A DNA stretch of 64,000 bases from an uncultured Planctomycetales bacterium (GTDB lineage Bacteria; Omnitrophota; Gorgyraeia; Gygaellales; Profunditerraquicolaceae). The DNA lies in the NCBI GenBank assembly GCA_964645795.1, contig CAZYCL010000006.1:5520-69519 (forward strand), given 5' to 3'. Positions 21,929-30,887 of the stretch are shown here, in pieces (positions within the stretch are counted from its first letter, which is position 1; every line of letters starts with the position of its first letter). The notes under the pieces are model-generated. The model saw nothing but the letters and a program-made list of their open reading frames with translations. It ran no database searches and was not told where the DNA came from. The translations under genes and the position numbers were made by a program.

Positions 21929-24426
21929 AACAGATGACCGAGGAACAGAAACCGATTATCTTCGGACAGGCCCACCAGCACCTTATCGATATCTTTAACT
22001 GCATAACCGATCCGGTCTTTGTCAAAGATAGCCAGCACAGGCTCGTATTTGTCAATGACGCCGAGTGCAGGCTTGCGGGAAAATCGCGTCAGGAGATGAT
22101 CGGCCGCACGGATTACGATTTCTTCCCCAAAGAAGAGGTAGATATCTTCTGGAAATATGACGATTACGTCTTTGATACAGGCCAGGAGAGCGTCAATGAA
22201 GAGACGATAACGGACGCCCAGGGGACCAACCGCATAATCGTTACCAAGAAAACCCTATACGTCGACGAGGCGGGGAATAAATTCCTGGTGGGTATCATCA
22301 GGGACATAACGGACCTCAGGCTGGTAGAGGAGGCGTTGAAAAAATCGCAATCCTGGCAGCGCGCCATACTCGACAATATTCCGGATATCGCCTGGCTCAA
22401 AGACTGCGAAAGCAGGTTTATCGCGGTAAACGAACCTTTTGCCAAGGCATGCGGTTTCGATAAGGCGGAGCTTATCGGTAAGACCGATCTTGATATCTGG
22501 CCCAGGGAGTTAGCTGAAAGATACCGCTCGGATGACGCGGAAGTCATTGCCACCGGAAAGCGCAAGCGCGTAGAAGAACCGCTTGCGGATAAAGAGGGCC
22601 AGATGCAGTGGATCGAAACGGTAAAGACCCCGATATTTGATGAGCATGGCAGGGTGATCGGCACCGCCGGCATTGCCCGGGATATAACTGTGCGCCGCAA
22701 GGCGGAAGAGGAGCTGGAAAATGCCAAGGATGAGCTTGAGCTAAGGGTGAAGGTCAGGACGGCGGAGCTGAGCAAGCTCAACGAAGAGCTGCAGCGCGAG
22801 GTCTCCGAGCGAAAGCGCATCGAAGAGGTGATCAAGGACAGCGAGCAGTTCCTTTTTAACGTCTTTGCCAGTATACAGGACGGAATAAGCGTGCTTGACT
22901 GCGAGTTCAACATCCTGCAGGTCAACCCGGTAGTAGAGATCTGGCATAAACATTCCATGCCCCTGGTGGGAAAGAAATGTTATCAGGCCTATCATGGCAG
23001 GACCAGGCCCTGCGACCCCGAACACTGCCCGACGATCAAGACCATTCGCGACGGCAAAGTCCACCGGGATTGCATCGCCAAGACCGGGGCGCAGCAGGAG
23101 GTAGTCGGGTGGCTTGACCTCTACAGCTTCCCCATGATAGACCCCCAGACCAACAAGATCAAGGGCGTAATCGAGTACGCCAGGGACATTTCGGAGCAGA
23201 AGCTGATGGAAAGCAGCCGGGAGGAGCTCAATAAGGAGTTGGTCAGGTCCAACGAAAGGCTCAAAAAAATATCGCTTCTGGATCCGCTCACCAGCCTTTA
23301 CAACTATAAGTTCCTGGAAGAAGTGATCGAGGCAGAGTATCACCGCGCCCGCCGCTATGCCCATCCGTTATCGATCATAATGATCGATATCGACTACTTC
23401 AAATCCATCAACGACGTCTACGGCTACCAGTTCGGCGACTCCATCCTGAAACAGATAGCGAAGTTCCTTAAGAAAATGGTCAGGCGATATGACCTGGTGA
23501 TACGCTCCAGCGGCGAGGAGTTCATAATACTTTCGCCCGGCATAGACATGCAGCAGGCCCAGCTCCTGGCCCAGAGGCTCCTGGATGCGCTGGGTATCTA
23601 CAACTTTGGCGATAAGAAGCATACCGTTAAATTGAAGCTGAGCCTGGGCGTGGTCTCCTATCCCGAAGATAAAGTAGTCCACGGCATTGACCTGATCAAC
23701 CTGGCCGACCAGATCCTTACCAAAGCCAAAGACAGCGGCGGTAACCGTGTCTGCACCTCGCAGGACATACAAAAGGGCAGGAAGAAGGGTGCCTCTCGCA
23801 GCGGCAAGAAGACGGATGTGCGCTTCCTGGAAGAAAAGATCAATAAACTTACCAAGCGCGCAAACCAGAGCCTGGTGGAAGCTATCTTTGCATTTGCCAA
23901 GACCATCGAGGCAAAGGACCATTATACCGGAGAGCACGGAGAGCATACGGTGCGCTACGCCGTTTCCATCGCCCAGGCGCTAGGCATGCCCAGGGAGGAG
24001 ATGGAGCTGGTAAAGCAGGCAGCCATACTGCATGACCTGGGCAAGGTCGGCATCAGCGAGAACATACTTAATAAAAAAGGCAGGCTTACCAGGAAAGAGT
24101 TCGACGAAATAAAACGGCATCCGCAGATCGGAGCCGACATCATCAGGCCTATTCAATTCCTGCACGGGATTATCCCCTACATATTCTATCATCACGAGAA
24201 ATGGAATGGAAAAGGTTATCCCAGCGGCATCAAGGGAGATGAGATACCCTTGGGCGCCAGGATCATCGCCGTCGCCGATACTTACCAGGCCCTGATCGGC
24301 GACCGGCCTTACCGCAAGGCCTTTTCCAAGAAAGAAGCCGCCGATATAATCAAAAAGGGTTCCGGGGCTCAGTTTGACCCGCGCATCGTCTCCGTATTCC
24401 TCAAGATCCTCAAAGAAGAAAAGTAA
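21925..24426 (+). CDS. Multidomain c-di-GMP signalling protein: tandem PAS domains, degenerate GGDEF (SGEEF) and HD-GYP phosphodiesterase domain
   Basis: 833 aa. Three PAS-like repeats, GGDEF-like domain with RSSGEEF (first Gly replaced), HD-GYP domain with HD...[11 protein letters not shown] motif. Confidence 0.8.
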   Translation: MKQMTEEQKPIIFGQAHQHLIDIFNCITDPVFVKDSQHRLVFVNDAECRLAGKSRQEMIGRTDYDFFPKEEVDIFWKYDDYVFDTGQESVNEETITDAQGTNRIIVTKKTLYVDEAGNKFLVGIIRDITDLRLVEEALKKSQSWQRAILDNIPDIAWLKDCESRFIAVNEPFAKACGFDKAELIGKTDLDIWPRELAERYRSDDAEVIATGKRKRVEEPLADKEGQMQWIETVKTPIFDEHGRVIGTAGIARDITVRRKAEEELENAKDELELRVKVRTAELSKLNEELQREVSERKRIEEVIKDSEQFLFNVFASIQDGISVLDCEFNILQVNPVVEIWHKHSMPLVGKKCYQAYHGRTRPCDPEHCPTIKTIRDGKVHRDCIAKTGAQQEVVGWLDLYSFPMIDPQTNKIKGVIEYARDISEQKLMESSREELNKELVRSNERLKKISLLDPLTSLYNYKFLEEVIEAEYHRARRYAHPLSIIMIDIDYFKSINDVYGYQFGDSILKQIAKFLKKMVRRYDLVIRSSGEEFIILSPGIDMQQAQLLAQRLLDALGIYNFGDKKHTVKLKLSLGVVSYPEDKVVHGIDLINLADQILTKAKDSGGNRVCTSQDIQKGRKKGASRSGKKTDVRFLEEKINKLTKRANQSLVEAIFAFAKTIEAKDHYTGEHGEHTVRYAVSIAQALGMPREEMELVKQAAILHDLGKVGISENILNKKGRLTRKEFDEIKRHPQIGADIIRPIQFLHGIIPYIFYHHEKWNGKGYPSGIKGDEIPLGARIIAVADTYQALIGDRPYRKAFSKKEAADIIKKGSGAQFDPRIVSVFLKILKEEK

Positions 24427-24461
24427 CTCTTTAAAGCCTGCCTTTGTGATACAATACGCAT

Positions 24462-25976
24462 ATGGCCAAAGATAAGGTCGTTTTGGTATACGTCCAGGAT
24501 TACGGCTGCGTATCTTCTGAAGGGCATGTCCCCGAAGACTGCAATATCCCCCTGGGCATACTCTACCTGGGTTCTTACCTAGCTGACCACGGCATAACCC
24601 CTGTTCTTCTTGATACGCGCCTTGAGCGAGAAGATGAGTTTATCGGCAGGCTTGAACGGGAACTGGGGGATGCGTGCCTGGCCGGCTTCTCCGTGACTAC
24701 CCCGAACGTGCGCGAAGCGCTCAGGCTTTCCCGATACGTCAAGGAAAAGGCGCCGGGGTTGGCTGTGGTGTGGGGCGGAGCGCATCCTTCGCTTTTCCCC
24801 GATTCTACTATCGCTAACCCCAATATAGACTACCTGATAACCGGTTATGGCGAACAGGGGCTGCTGGAATTAAGCCGTTACTTGTCGGGCGCCGGTATAA
24901 GCTTAGGCGGCATACCGAACCTTGTCTTTAAAGATCCGGGCTCGCCGACCGGCGGCAGCGCCGCAGCGGCTGATCATCAGGCAACGCAGGTCAACGTCTG
25001 CTATGATCTCCTGCCTTTAGAGCGCTACTGTCTGCGTAAGGCCGAAGACGGGAGATTGCGCAGGCAGATGGAGGTCTTGAGCTCGCGGGGCTGCCCTTAT
25101 CGCTGCAGCTTTTGCATTAATTCCGTTTTGGGCGCCACTGGTTGGCAGCCCTATCCTCTTGAGGCCGTGCTGGAGAATATCGACCATCTTATAAAGAGCT
25201 GTCGCATAGAGCACTTCTTTTTTATGGACGAGGAGTTTTTCTGCGACCGCGAGAGGGCCAAACTCATGGTCTCAATGTTAAGCTCCAGGCGTATCAGCTG
25301 GGAGGCCAACTGCCGCGCCGACTATATAAGGTATGGATTCCTTGATAAGGACGTACTGTCAAAGTTTAAAGAGAGCGGATGCATGCGTCTGCGTTTTGGC
25401 CTGGAGAGCGGCAGCCAGCGGATACTTGATGAGTTGAACAAAGGGATAACCGTAAAGCAGTCGCTGGCTGCGGTTAAAGCCGTCAGCGCCAGCGGCATCC
25501 AGCCGTCAGCGTCTTTCATGATGGCTGTGCCGGGAGAGACAAGGCGGGATATTCTCAAGACCCTGGGCCTGATCTTAGAACTTCACATGATCGACCCCAA
25601 TTTGCATCTCATAGGGCCGCTGATATTCAGGCCTTATCCGGGAAGCGCGCTTTTTAAGAAGTGCGTCAGCAGCGGCCTTGATGAGCCAGCAAGCCTCCAG
25701 GATTGGAGCGATTTTTATATCCATAACAGCCTGGATGAGTATTCCGGGGGCCTGCCGTGGTTTCGGGATAAGCGCATTTTTGATAAGGTCTGGTGTTTTT
25801 GCGCCAGCCTACGTTATATGAAGATCCCGTATCTCTTCAGGGTTGCTCTTTACTGGGCGCTAAAGCTCCATTTGGCATGCGGCCTGCGCTTTACGGCTAT
25901 AATTTATTATATTTTTAGATTATTTAGGAGGCCGGGCAGAGGCGCTGCTTTAACCTCTTGCCGCACAGACAATTAG
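24462..25976 (+). CDS. B12-binding domain-containing radical SAM protein
   Basis: 504 aa. N-terminal cobalamin-binding-like Rossmann region, then a radical SAM CxxxCxxC motif (SRGCPYRCSFC). Confidence 0.8.
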   Translation: MAKDKVVLVYVQDYGCVSSEGHVPEDCNIPLGILYLGSYLADHGITPVLLDTRLEREDEFIGRLERELGDACLAGFSVTTPNVREALRLSRYVKEKAPGLAVVWGGAHPSLFPDSTIANPNIDYLITGYGEQGLLELSRYLSGAGISLGGIPNLVFKDPGSPTGGSAAAADHQATQVNVCYDLLPLERYCLRKAEDGRLRRQMEVLSSRGCPYRCSFCINSVLGATGWQPYPLEAVLENIDHLIKSCRIEHFFFMDEEFFCDRERAKLMVSMLSSRRISWEANCRADYIRYGFLDKDVLSKFKESGCMRLRFGLESGSQRILDELNKGITVKQSLAAVKAVSASGIQPSASFMMAVPGETRRDILKTLGLILELHMIDPNLHLIGPLIFRPYPGSALFKKCVSSGLDEPASLQDWSDFYIHNSLDEYSGGLPWFRDKRIFDKVWCFCASLRYMKIPYLFRVALYWALKLHLACGLRFTAIIYYIFRLFRRPGRGAALTSCRTDN

Positions 25977-26050
25977 CTTAAGGCCTATCAGAGTTTTTTA
26001 GCTTGCCTGCTTAAAACTTTTGTGTTACACTAAAAAATTCAAGCATTGAC

Positions 26051-26122
26051 GGGCCCATAGCTCAGCGGTAGAGCAGGTGACTCATAATCACTTGGTCGGA
26101 GGTTCGATCCCTTCTGGGCCCA
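26051..26122 (+). tRNA. tRNA-Met(CAT), elongator-type (could equally be tRNA-Ile2 decoded via lysidine)
   Basis: Hand-folded cloverleaf: acceptor GGGCCCA/TGGGCCC, D-arm GCTC/GAGC, anticodon loop CTCATAA (CAT), T-arm GGAGG-TTCGATC-CCTTC. G1-C72 is paired, so not an initiator. Confidence 0.85.
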
Positions 26123-26130
26123 GTTGAATC

Positions 26131-26167
26131 GGGGACGGTTCTGGGGACAGGTCCCAGAACCGTCCCC
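26131..26167 (+). terminator. Perfect 15-bp stem / 7-nt loop hairpin directly 3' of tRNA-Met (processing or termination element; no U-tract)
   Basis: GGGGACGGTTCTGGG-gacaggt-CCCAGAACCGTCCCC. The arms are exact reverse complements. Confidence 0.6.
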
Positions 26168-26180
26168 AAACTAGAATTTA

Positions 26181-26392
26181 AAATTCGGGCGATTGGCTCA
26201 GCCCCTGCTAAAACCGCAGGGGCTCCTCGGGATGTAAAGCATCCCTCGTCGTTGGTTAAAGGTGTTCGCCAATCTAGCAACTATTTAAATTCGGGCGATT
26301 GGCTCAGCCCCTGCTAAAACCGCAGGGGCTCCTCGGGATGTAAAGCATCCCTCGTCGTTGGTTAAAGGTGTTCGCCAATCTAGCAACTATTT
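26181..26392 (+). repeat. Two identical 106-bp tandem units, each beginning with the first 15 nt of tRNA-Val plus 8 nt of its leader and ending just before the real tRNA-Val
   Basis: Unit starts at 26181 and 26287. A third start at 26393 is the genuine tRNA-Val. Units share AAATTCGGGCGATTGGCTCAG and contain hairpins CCCCTGC-taaaacc-GCAGGGG and GGGATG-taaagc-ATCCC. Confidence 0.85.
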
Positions 26393-26398
26393 AAATTC

Positions 26399-26472
26399 GG
26401 GCGATTGGCTCAGTTGGTTAGAGCGCTACATTCACATTGTAGAGGTCATAGGTTCAAGTCCTATATCGCCCA
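26399..26472 (+). tRNA. tRNA-Val(CAC)
   Basis: Acceptor GGGCGAT/ATCGCCC, D-arm GCTC-AGTTGGTTA-GAGC, anticodon arm CTACA-TTCACAT-TGTAG (anticodon CAC), T-arm ATAGG-TTCAAGT-CCTAT, discriminator A. Confidence 0.9.
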
Positions 26473-26483
26473 TTTGATAAAAG

Positions 26484-26585
26484 TGGTGGCTCAGTTGGTT
26501 AGAGCGCTACATTCACATTGTAGAGGTCATAGGTTTCGCCACCGAGTATCGAGCGATGGTGGCTCAAAAGTCCTATATCGCCCAC
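26484..26585 (+). pseudogene. Degenerate second copy of tRNA-Val(CAC) with a mutated 5' acceptor strand and a ~30-nt hairpin insertion in the T-arm
   Basis: Identical to tRNA-Val from position 8 to the T-stem (TGGCTCAG...ATAGGTT). Then TCGCCACCGAGTATCGAGCGATGGTGGCTCAA is inserted before AAGTCCTATATCGCCCAC. The 5' acceptor (AAAGTGG) cannot pair with ATCGCCC. Confidence 0.5.
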
Positions 26586-26614
26586 TTAAATAAAAGGAGT
26601 GAAAGCCAGATAAG

Positions 26615-27325
26615 ATGGACCTAAAAGCGCAACTAGCCAGCCTTATCAAGCTTCAGGCAATAGATAGCGAAATATACAAACTGGAGAATGAAAAAAACCA
26701 GCTGCCTGAAGAGATAAATAAGGCGCAGGCGGCTTTTGAGGAGAAAAAAAAGGGGTTGGCGGAGCTGGAGAAGAAACTGTTGGATCTGCAGAAACAGAAA
26801 AAGGATAAAGAGCTGGAGTTGGGTTCTAAAGAGGAGAGCATCAAGAAGCTGCAGGGCCAGCTCTATACGCTTAAGACCAACAAAGAGTATCAGGCGATGC
26901 TCCAGCAGATCCAGGATTCAAAGGCCGACGCCTCGGTGATCGAGGACAAGATCCTTGAGGCTATGGATGACTCCGATAAAGTGAAGGGCGAGATCGAACA
27001 GGAGAAGGCGCGGCTCAAAGATGAAGAAAAGGTTTTCTTGGCGCAGAAGAAAAAAGTCGAAGACCGCGTAAAAGAGATAGACGAGCGGCTGGCCACTTTA
27101 GGCGGGCAGAGAAAGCAGGTTACCCCGGAGATCGAAGCCAAGATCCTGAAGCAGTATGAAAGGATTCTGGCTAACCGCAGCGGCCTGGCGATCGTCTGCG
27201 TTAAAGACGACAGCTGCGGCGGATGCAATATGCTCGTCCCTCCCCAGGTAATAAACCTTATTTGCATGTACGAACGCATTATCACCTGTGAGATGTGTAA
27301 CAGGATCCTTTACGTGAAGGAATGA
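26615..27325 (+). CDS. COG1579/DUF164-type zinc-ribbon coiled-coil protein
   Basis: 236 aa. Long coiled coil, then C-terminal CGGC...C..C zinc ribbon. This family commonly sits next to RNase HI. Confidence 0.75.
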   Translation: MDLKAQLASLIKLQAIDSEIYKLENEKNQLPEEINKAQAAFEEKKKGLAELEKKLLDLQKQKKDKELELGSKEESIKKLQGQLYTLKTNKEYQAMLQQIQDSKADASVIEDKILEAMDDSDKVKGEIEQEKARLKDEEKVFLAQKKKVEDRVKEIDERLATLGGQRKQVTPEIEAKILKQYERILANRSGLAIVCVKDDSCGGCNMLVPPQVINLICMYERIITCEMCNRILYVKE

Positions 27326-27735
27326 GCGGGCTGGAGATTTATATCGACGGCGCATCCAAGGGCAACCCCGGACACAGCGGGATAGGGGTGGTGATATGCC
27401 GGCAGGGCGAGACGATAAAGAATGTTTGCCGCTACATCGGGCAGGCTACCAACAATGTCGCCGAATACACGGCCCTGATAGATGCTTTGCAGGAGGCGCT
27501 GATACTAAGGGCGCAGTCCCTGGTGATAAACTCCGACAGCCAGCTCCTCTGCAGGCAGCTTAGCAGGCAATATAAGGTCAAGAATAAAAATATAGCCTCT
27601 CTCTACGCCCAGGTAATGCGCCTTTTAAGCGCCTTCAGGGATGTTAAGATCAACAATATCCCGCGCGAAGAGAACAAAGGCGCGGACAGACTGGCGAATC
27701 TTGCGGTAAAAGAGGCTTTAAAGAAGCACAAATAA
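27322..27735 (+). CDS. rnhA: Ribonuclease HI
   Basis: 137 aa. YIDGASKGNPG motif, conserved DEDD-type residues (ID...E...D...N). Confidence 0.85.
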   Translation: MSGLEIYIDGASKGNPGHSGIGVVICRQGETIKNVCRYIGQATNNVAEYTALIDALQEALILRAQSLVINSDSQLLCRQLSRQYKVKNKNIASLYAQVMRLLSAFRDVKINNIPREENKGADRLANLAVKEALKKHK

Positions 27736-27753
27736 ACGGTTCTTTTGTTATAG

Positions 27754-28197
27754 AGGCAGGCGGAATGTGGCTGCCCCGCTGGTCTTGGATCAGGGGGAGG
27801 AAAGTCCGGGCTCCGAAGGGCGAGCGTAATGGGTAATCCCCATCTTCGTCTGCGAGAGCAGGCGAAAGGATATCCGCCACAATTCGTGACGGACCCGCCA
27901 TCTCGTATGGCGGGAGAGCCACAGAGACGAGTAGCAGCGGTAGGCTTTCGATGAATCTGGATCCCGCGGATGCTTTTGTATCCGCGGGATCACATCGCAG
28001 CCTTCGGCTGTGACGTGAAACGCGGCAATCTCTACGCGGAGCAAGGAAAATAGGAGACGAGCGCCTTAGCCCTGCGCGTTTGCAGTCTCGGGTAAAAACT
28101 GCTTAAACCTTCAGGGTAACCTGGATGGTTTTAGAGGAATGGCCACTAATGGTGCGCAAACTCGCACTGAAACAAAACCCGGCTTATTCCGCCTGCC
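27754..28197 (+). ncRNA. rnpB: RNase P RNA (bacterial type A ribozyme)
   Basis: Universally conserved GGAAAGTCCGGGCTCC (P4 region) at 27791-27806. AACCCGGCTTAT near the 3' end. P1 helix AGGCAGGCGGAAT (27754-66) pairs with ATTCCGCCTGCC (28186-97). About 445 nt, longer than the E. coli RNA. Confidence 0.9.
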
Positions 28198-28208
28198 AAA
28201 TGAAGCCT

Positions 28209-28238
28209 AAGCTTGCGCAACGTAAGTCGCGCAAGCTT
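28209..28238 (+). terminator. Hairpin downstream of rnpB (10-bp stem AAGCTTGCGC / GCGCAAGCTT, 10-nt loop)
   Basis: Perfect inverted repeat immediately after the rnpB 3' end. Only a weak U-tract follows. Confidence 0.45.
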
Positions 28239-28348
28239 ATGGCTGAATTTGGTCCCGCCTCTTGAAAGACCCTGAAGTGCGGGATCTAAGTCGAAAATAG
28301 AAAATGCAGACATTTGAAGTAGTCTGCTCATTAAAGGAGGAACTCAAA

Positions 28349-29104
28349 ATGTCAGGTCATTCTAAATGGAAGACAAATAAGGGCAAGAAGAACGCTGCCG
28401 ATGCCAAGAGGGGCGCGATGTTTACCAAGCTCATCAAAGAGCTGGTAGTGGTTGCCCGCGATGGCGGCGGCAACCCCGAGACAAATTCGCGGCTGCGCGC
28501 GGTAATGATGAAGGCCAAAGAATACAACATGCCTTCCGAAAACATCAAGACCGCGATCAAGCGCGGTACCGGCGAGCTGCCGGGGGTCGTTTATGAGTCG
28601 GTCATGTACGAGGCCTACGGACAGGGCGGGGTTGCCATGCTCATCGAGGCGCTTACCGACAATAAGAACCGCACGACAGCCGAGATCCGCAATATCATGT
28701 CCAAGAGGGGCGGTAACATGGCGGGGGCGGGTGCCGTTTCCTGGATGTTCACCATGAAAGGGTATCTGCTCATCGAGAAGAGCCAGGCCCAGGAAGACGA
28801 GCTTTTAAACATCGTGCTGGACGCCGGAGCCGAGGATATGAAGAGCGATGACAAGAATTACGAGATCTTCACCTCGCCTCAGAACTTCGAGAAAGTAAAA
28901 CAGGCCATTCAGGATAAGGGTATCAAATGGCAGGACGCCGAGGTCACCATGATCCCCTCATCAACCGTAAAGCTTGGGGGTAACGACGCTAAGCAGCTCC
29001 TGGGGCTGGTCGAGGCGCTGGAAGAGCATGATGACGTGCAGCAGGTCTACGCCAATTTTGATATACCCGATGAAATATTGGAGCAGGTAAGCCAGGAATC
29101 TTAG
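28349..29104 (+). CDS. yebC: YebC/PmpR-family transcriptional regulator
   Basis: 251 aa from MSGHSKW (AAAGGAGG RBS at 28333-40). The canonical GHSKW...KRG N-terminus. The ORF-track start at 28304 has no RBS. Confidence 0.9.
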   Translation: MSGHSKWKTNKGKKNAADAKRGAMFTKLIKELVVVARDGGGNPETNSRLRAVMMKAKEYNMPSENIKTAIKRGTGELPGVVYESVMYEAYGQGGVAMLIEALTDNKNRTTAEIRNIMSKRGGNMAGAGAVSWMFTMKGYLLIEKSQAQEDELLNIVLDAGAEDMKSDDKNYEIFTSPQNFEKVKQAIQDKGIKWQDAEVTMIPSSTVKLGGNDAKQLLGLVEALEEHDDVQQVYANFDIPDEILEQVSQES

Positions 29105-29587
29105 ATGATAATCTTGGGCATTGACCCGGCTCTTACAGTCACCGGTTACGGAGCGGTCGAAGTTCGGGGCTTGAGCTTAAGGCTTATCGAGGCCGGCCTG
29201 ATAAAGACCAGCTCTAAGATGGCGATGCCCGAGAGGCTCAATAAAATATACAGCGCGGTCAGCCGGCTCATCAAAGATACCGCCCCGCAAGTCATAGTCC
29301 TGGAAAAGCTCTACGCGCATTACCGGCATCCCGTTACCGCATATCTATTGGGCCAGGCGCGGGGAGTGATATGCCTTGCCGCATCGCAGGCCAAGATCAC
29401 TTTGGCGGAGTACGCCGCTACCAGGATAAAAAAGGCCGTAGTGGGCAAGGGGCTGGCCCCCAAAACTCAGGTGCAGAAGATGGTCGCTTCGGTGCTGGGT
29501 ATAAAAGAGCTGCCTAAATACCATGACGTCAGCGATGCCTTGGCCCTTGCCGTCGGCCACAGCTATATGACCAGGAGCCGGCTATGA
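29105..29587 (+). CDS. ruvC: Holliday junction resolvase RuvC
   Basis: 160 aa. ILGIDPAL...GYG N-terminus and conserved catalytic acidic residues. Follows yebC as in many bacteria. Confidence 0.92.
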   Translation: MIILGIDPALTVTGYGAVEVRGLSLRLIEAGLIKTSSKMAMPERLNKIYSAVSRLIKDTAPQVIVLEKLYAHYRHPVTAYLLGQARGVICLAASQAKITLAEYAATRIKKAVVGKGLAPKTQVQKMVASVLGIKELPKYHDVSDALALAVGHSYMTRSRL

Positions 29588-30210
29588 TATCCAGGATCTG
29601 CGGCAGGGTATCGGAAAAAGGCTCAAACTACATAATCCTTGATACCGGCAGCATCTCCTACGAAGTGCTTATGCCGTCCACGGTAATCGAGAGGCTCGAC
29701 GATAATATCGCGCAGGACGGGTCGGTGAGCCTGGTGACTTTTCATTATTTGCATGTTGAGCCTTCCAAGAGCATACCGATACTCATAGGTTTTTTAAGCG
29801 AGGTAGAAAGGGATTTTTTCGAGGTTTTTATCACCGTATCCGGTATCGGCCCGCGCGCGGCGCTCAAGGCGCTCAACAAACCCATTTCGCTGATTGCCAG
29901 GGCGATAGATGAGGCTGATACCGCTTTTTTAAGGAGCCTGCCCGGCATCGGCAACCAGCGCGCCAAGGAGATCGTGGCTAAGCTGCAGAACAAGGTCGGA
30001 AGGTTCGGCCTTATCCAGGACGCAGGATTAAAGCCCGCGCAAGCCGGTTCAAAAGACATCGCCGAAGAAGCGACGGCCGTGCTTATGCAACTGCAGTATA
30101 AAAAGCAGGAGGCGCTTTTGATGATCAAGAAAGCGCTGGAGGATTGTCCCGGGGCATGCTCCACCGAAGAATTATTGAACACCGTTTACAGGCAGAGGAA
30201 ATCAAAATGA
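29584..30210 (+). CDS. ruvA: Holliday junction DNA helicase subunit RuvA
   Basis: 208 aa. Domain I OB-fold N-terminus (MISRICGRV), helix-hairpin-helix motifs (LPGIGNQRAKEIV), C-terminal domain III. Confidence 0.9.
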   Translation: MISRICGRVSEKGSNYIILDTGSISYEVLMPSTVIERLDDNIAQDGSVSLVTFHYLHVEPSKSIPILIGFLSEVERDFFEVFITVSGIGPRAALKALNKPISLIARAIDEADTAFLRSLPGIGNQRAKEIVAKLQNKVGRFGLIQDAGLKPAQAGSKDIAEEATAVLMQLQYKKQEALLMIKKALEDCPGACSTEELLNTVYRQRKSK

Positions 30211-30887
30211 ATTCCGGTCAAGAGAACAACATCAGGTCAGCAGTAGAGGCGCTGCTTTTTGCCAGCGATAAGCCGCTTACTCCGGAGCAGTTAAAGAACG
30301 CGCTGGGCGTGGATGCCGCAAGCCTGCGCAAGGCGCTGGAGGAGCTGGCTGGCGAGTATGAACAGTCAAACCGGGGCATCCGCCTGGCAGAGATCGCCGG
30401 CGGCTATCAGATGATCACCGCTGCCGGCTTTGCGCCGTTTTTGAAGAAGCTGTTCAAGTCCCGTCACGGCGACAGGCTCTCCAGGCCCGCCATGGAGACA
30501 CTGGCGATAATCGCTTATAAGCAGCCGCTGACCAAATCCCAGATACAGTCATTGCGCAACGTCAATATCGACGGGGTGATGAAGAGCCTGCTGGAGAAGA
30601 ACCTGATCCGCATAACCGGAAGAAAGAAAGCCCCCGGCAGGCCGTTTGTCTGGGGGACCACGCGGTTTTTCCTTGAACACTTTGGTTTGAAGTCGTTAGA
30701 GCAGCTGCCCAAGATAGAGAATTTTCAGGAGCTGGCCGTGAAGTCCGAAGCAGGAGAGATTGAGAGCATCAGCGAAGAAGATGCTGCGGGGCTGGCTGCT
30801 CAGGAGCCGCCCGTGGCCGCAGGCAGCCCGGGGCAAGAAGAAAGGCAGAATGAAAATGTCACTGAAGAATCTTCGCGGTCAAATTGA
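30207..30887 (+). CDS. scpB: Segregation and condensation protein B
   Basis: 226 aa from MNSGQENN (ATGA overlap with the ruvA stop). Winged-helix motif ETLAIIAYKQPLTKSQI typical of ScpB. Acidic C-terminal tail. Confidence 0.85.
   Translation: MNSGQENNIRSAVEALLFASDKPLTPEQLKNALGVDAASLRKALEELAGEYEQSNRGIRLAEIAGGYQMITAAGFAPFLKKLFKSRHGDRLSRPAMETLAIIAYKQPLTKSQIQSLRNVNIDGVMKSLLEKNLIRITGRKKAPGRPFVWGTTRFFLEHFGLKSLEQLPKIENFQELAVKSEAGEIESISEEDAAGLAAQEPPVAAGSPGQEERQNENVTEESSRSN

Noticed and set aside
26405-26593. 62-aa + strand ORF MAQLVRALHSHCRGHRF...
   Set aside because: It is a translation through tRNA-Val and its degenerate copy, which produces the internally repeated peptide. It is not a protein gene.
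28304-28348. ORF-track N-terminal extension of yebC (MQTFEVVCSLKEELK)
   Set aside because: The canonical YebC N-terminus MSGHSKW starts at 28349 with a perfect AAAGGAGG RBS. The extension has none.
30760-30849. ORF-track N-terminal extension of pheA (MRASAKKMLRGWLLRSRPW...)
   Set aside because: Arg-rich extension overlapping the scpB C-terminus. The chorismate mutase helix begins at MKMSLKNL.
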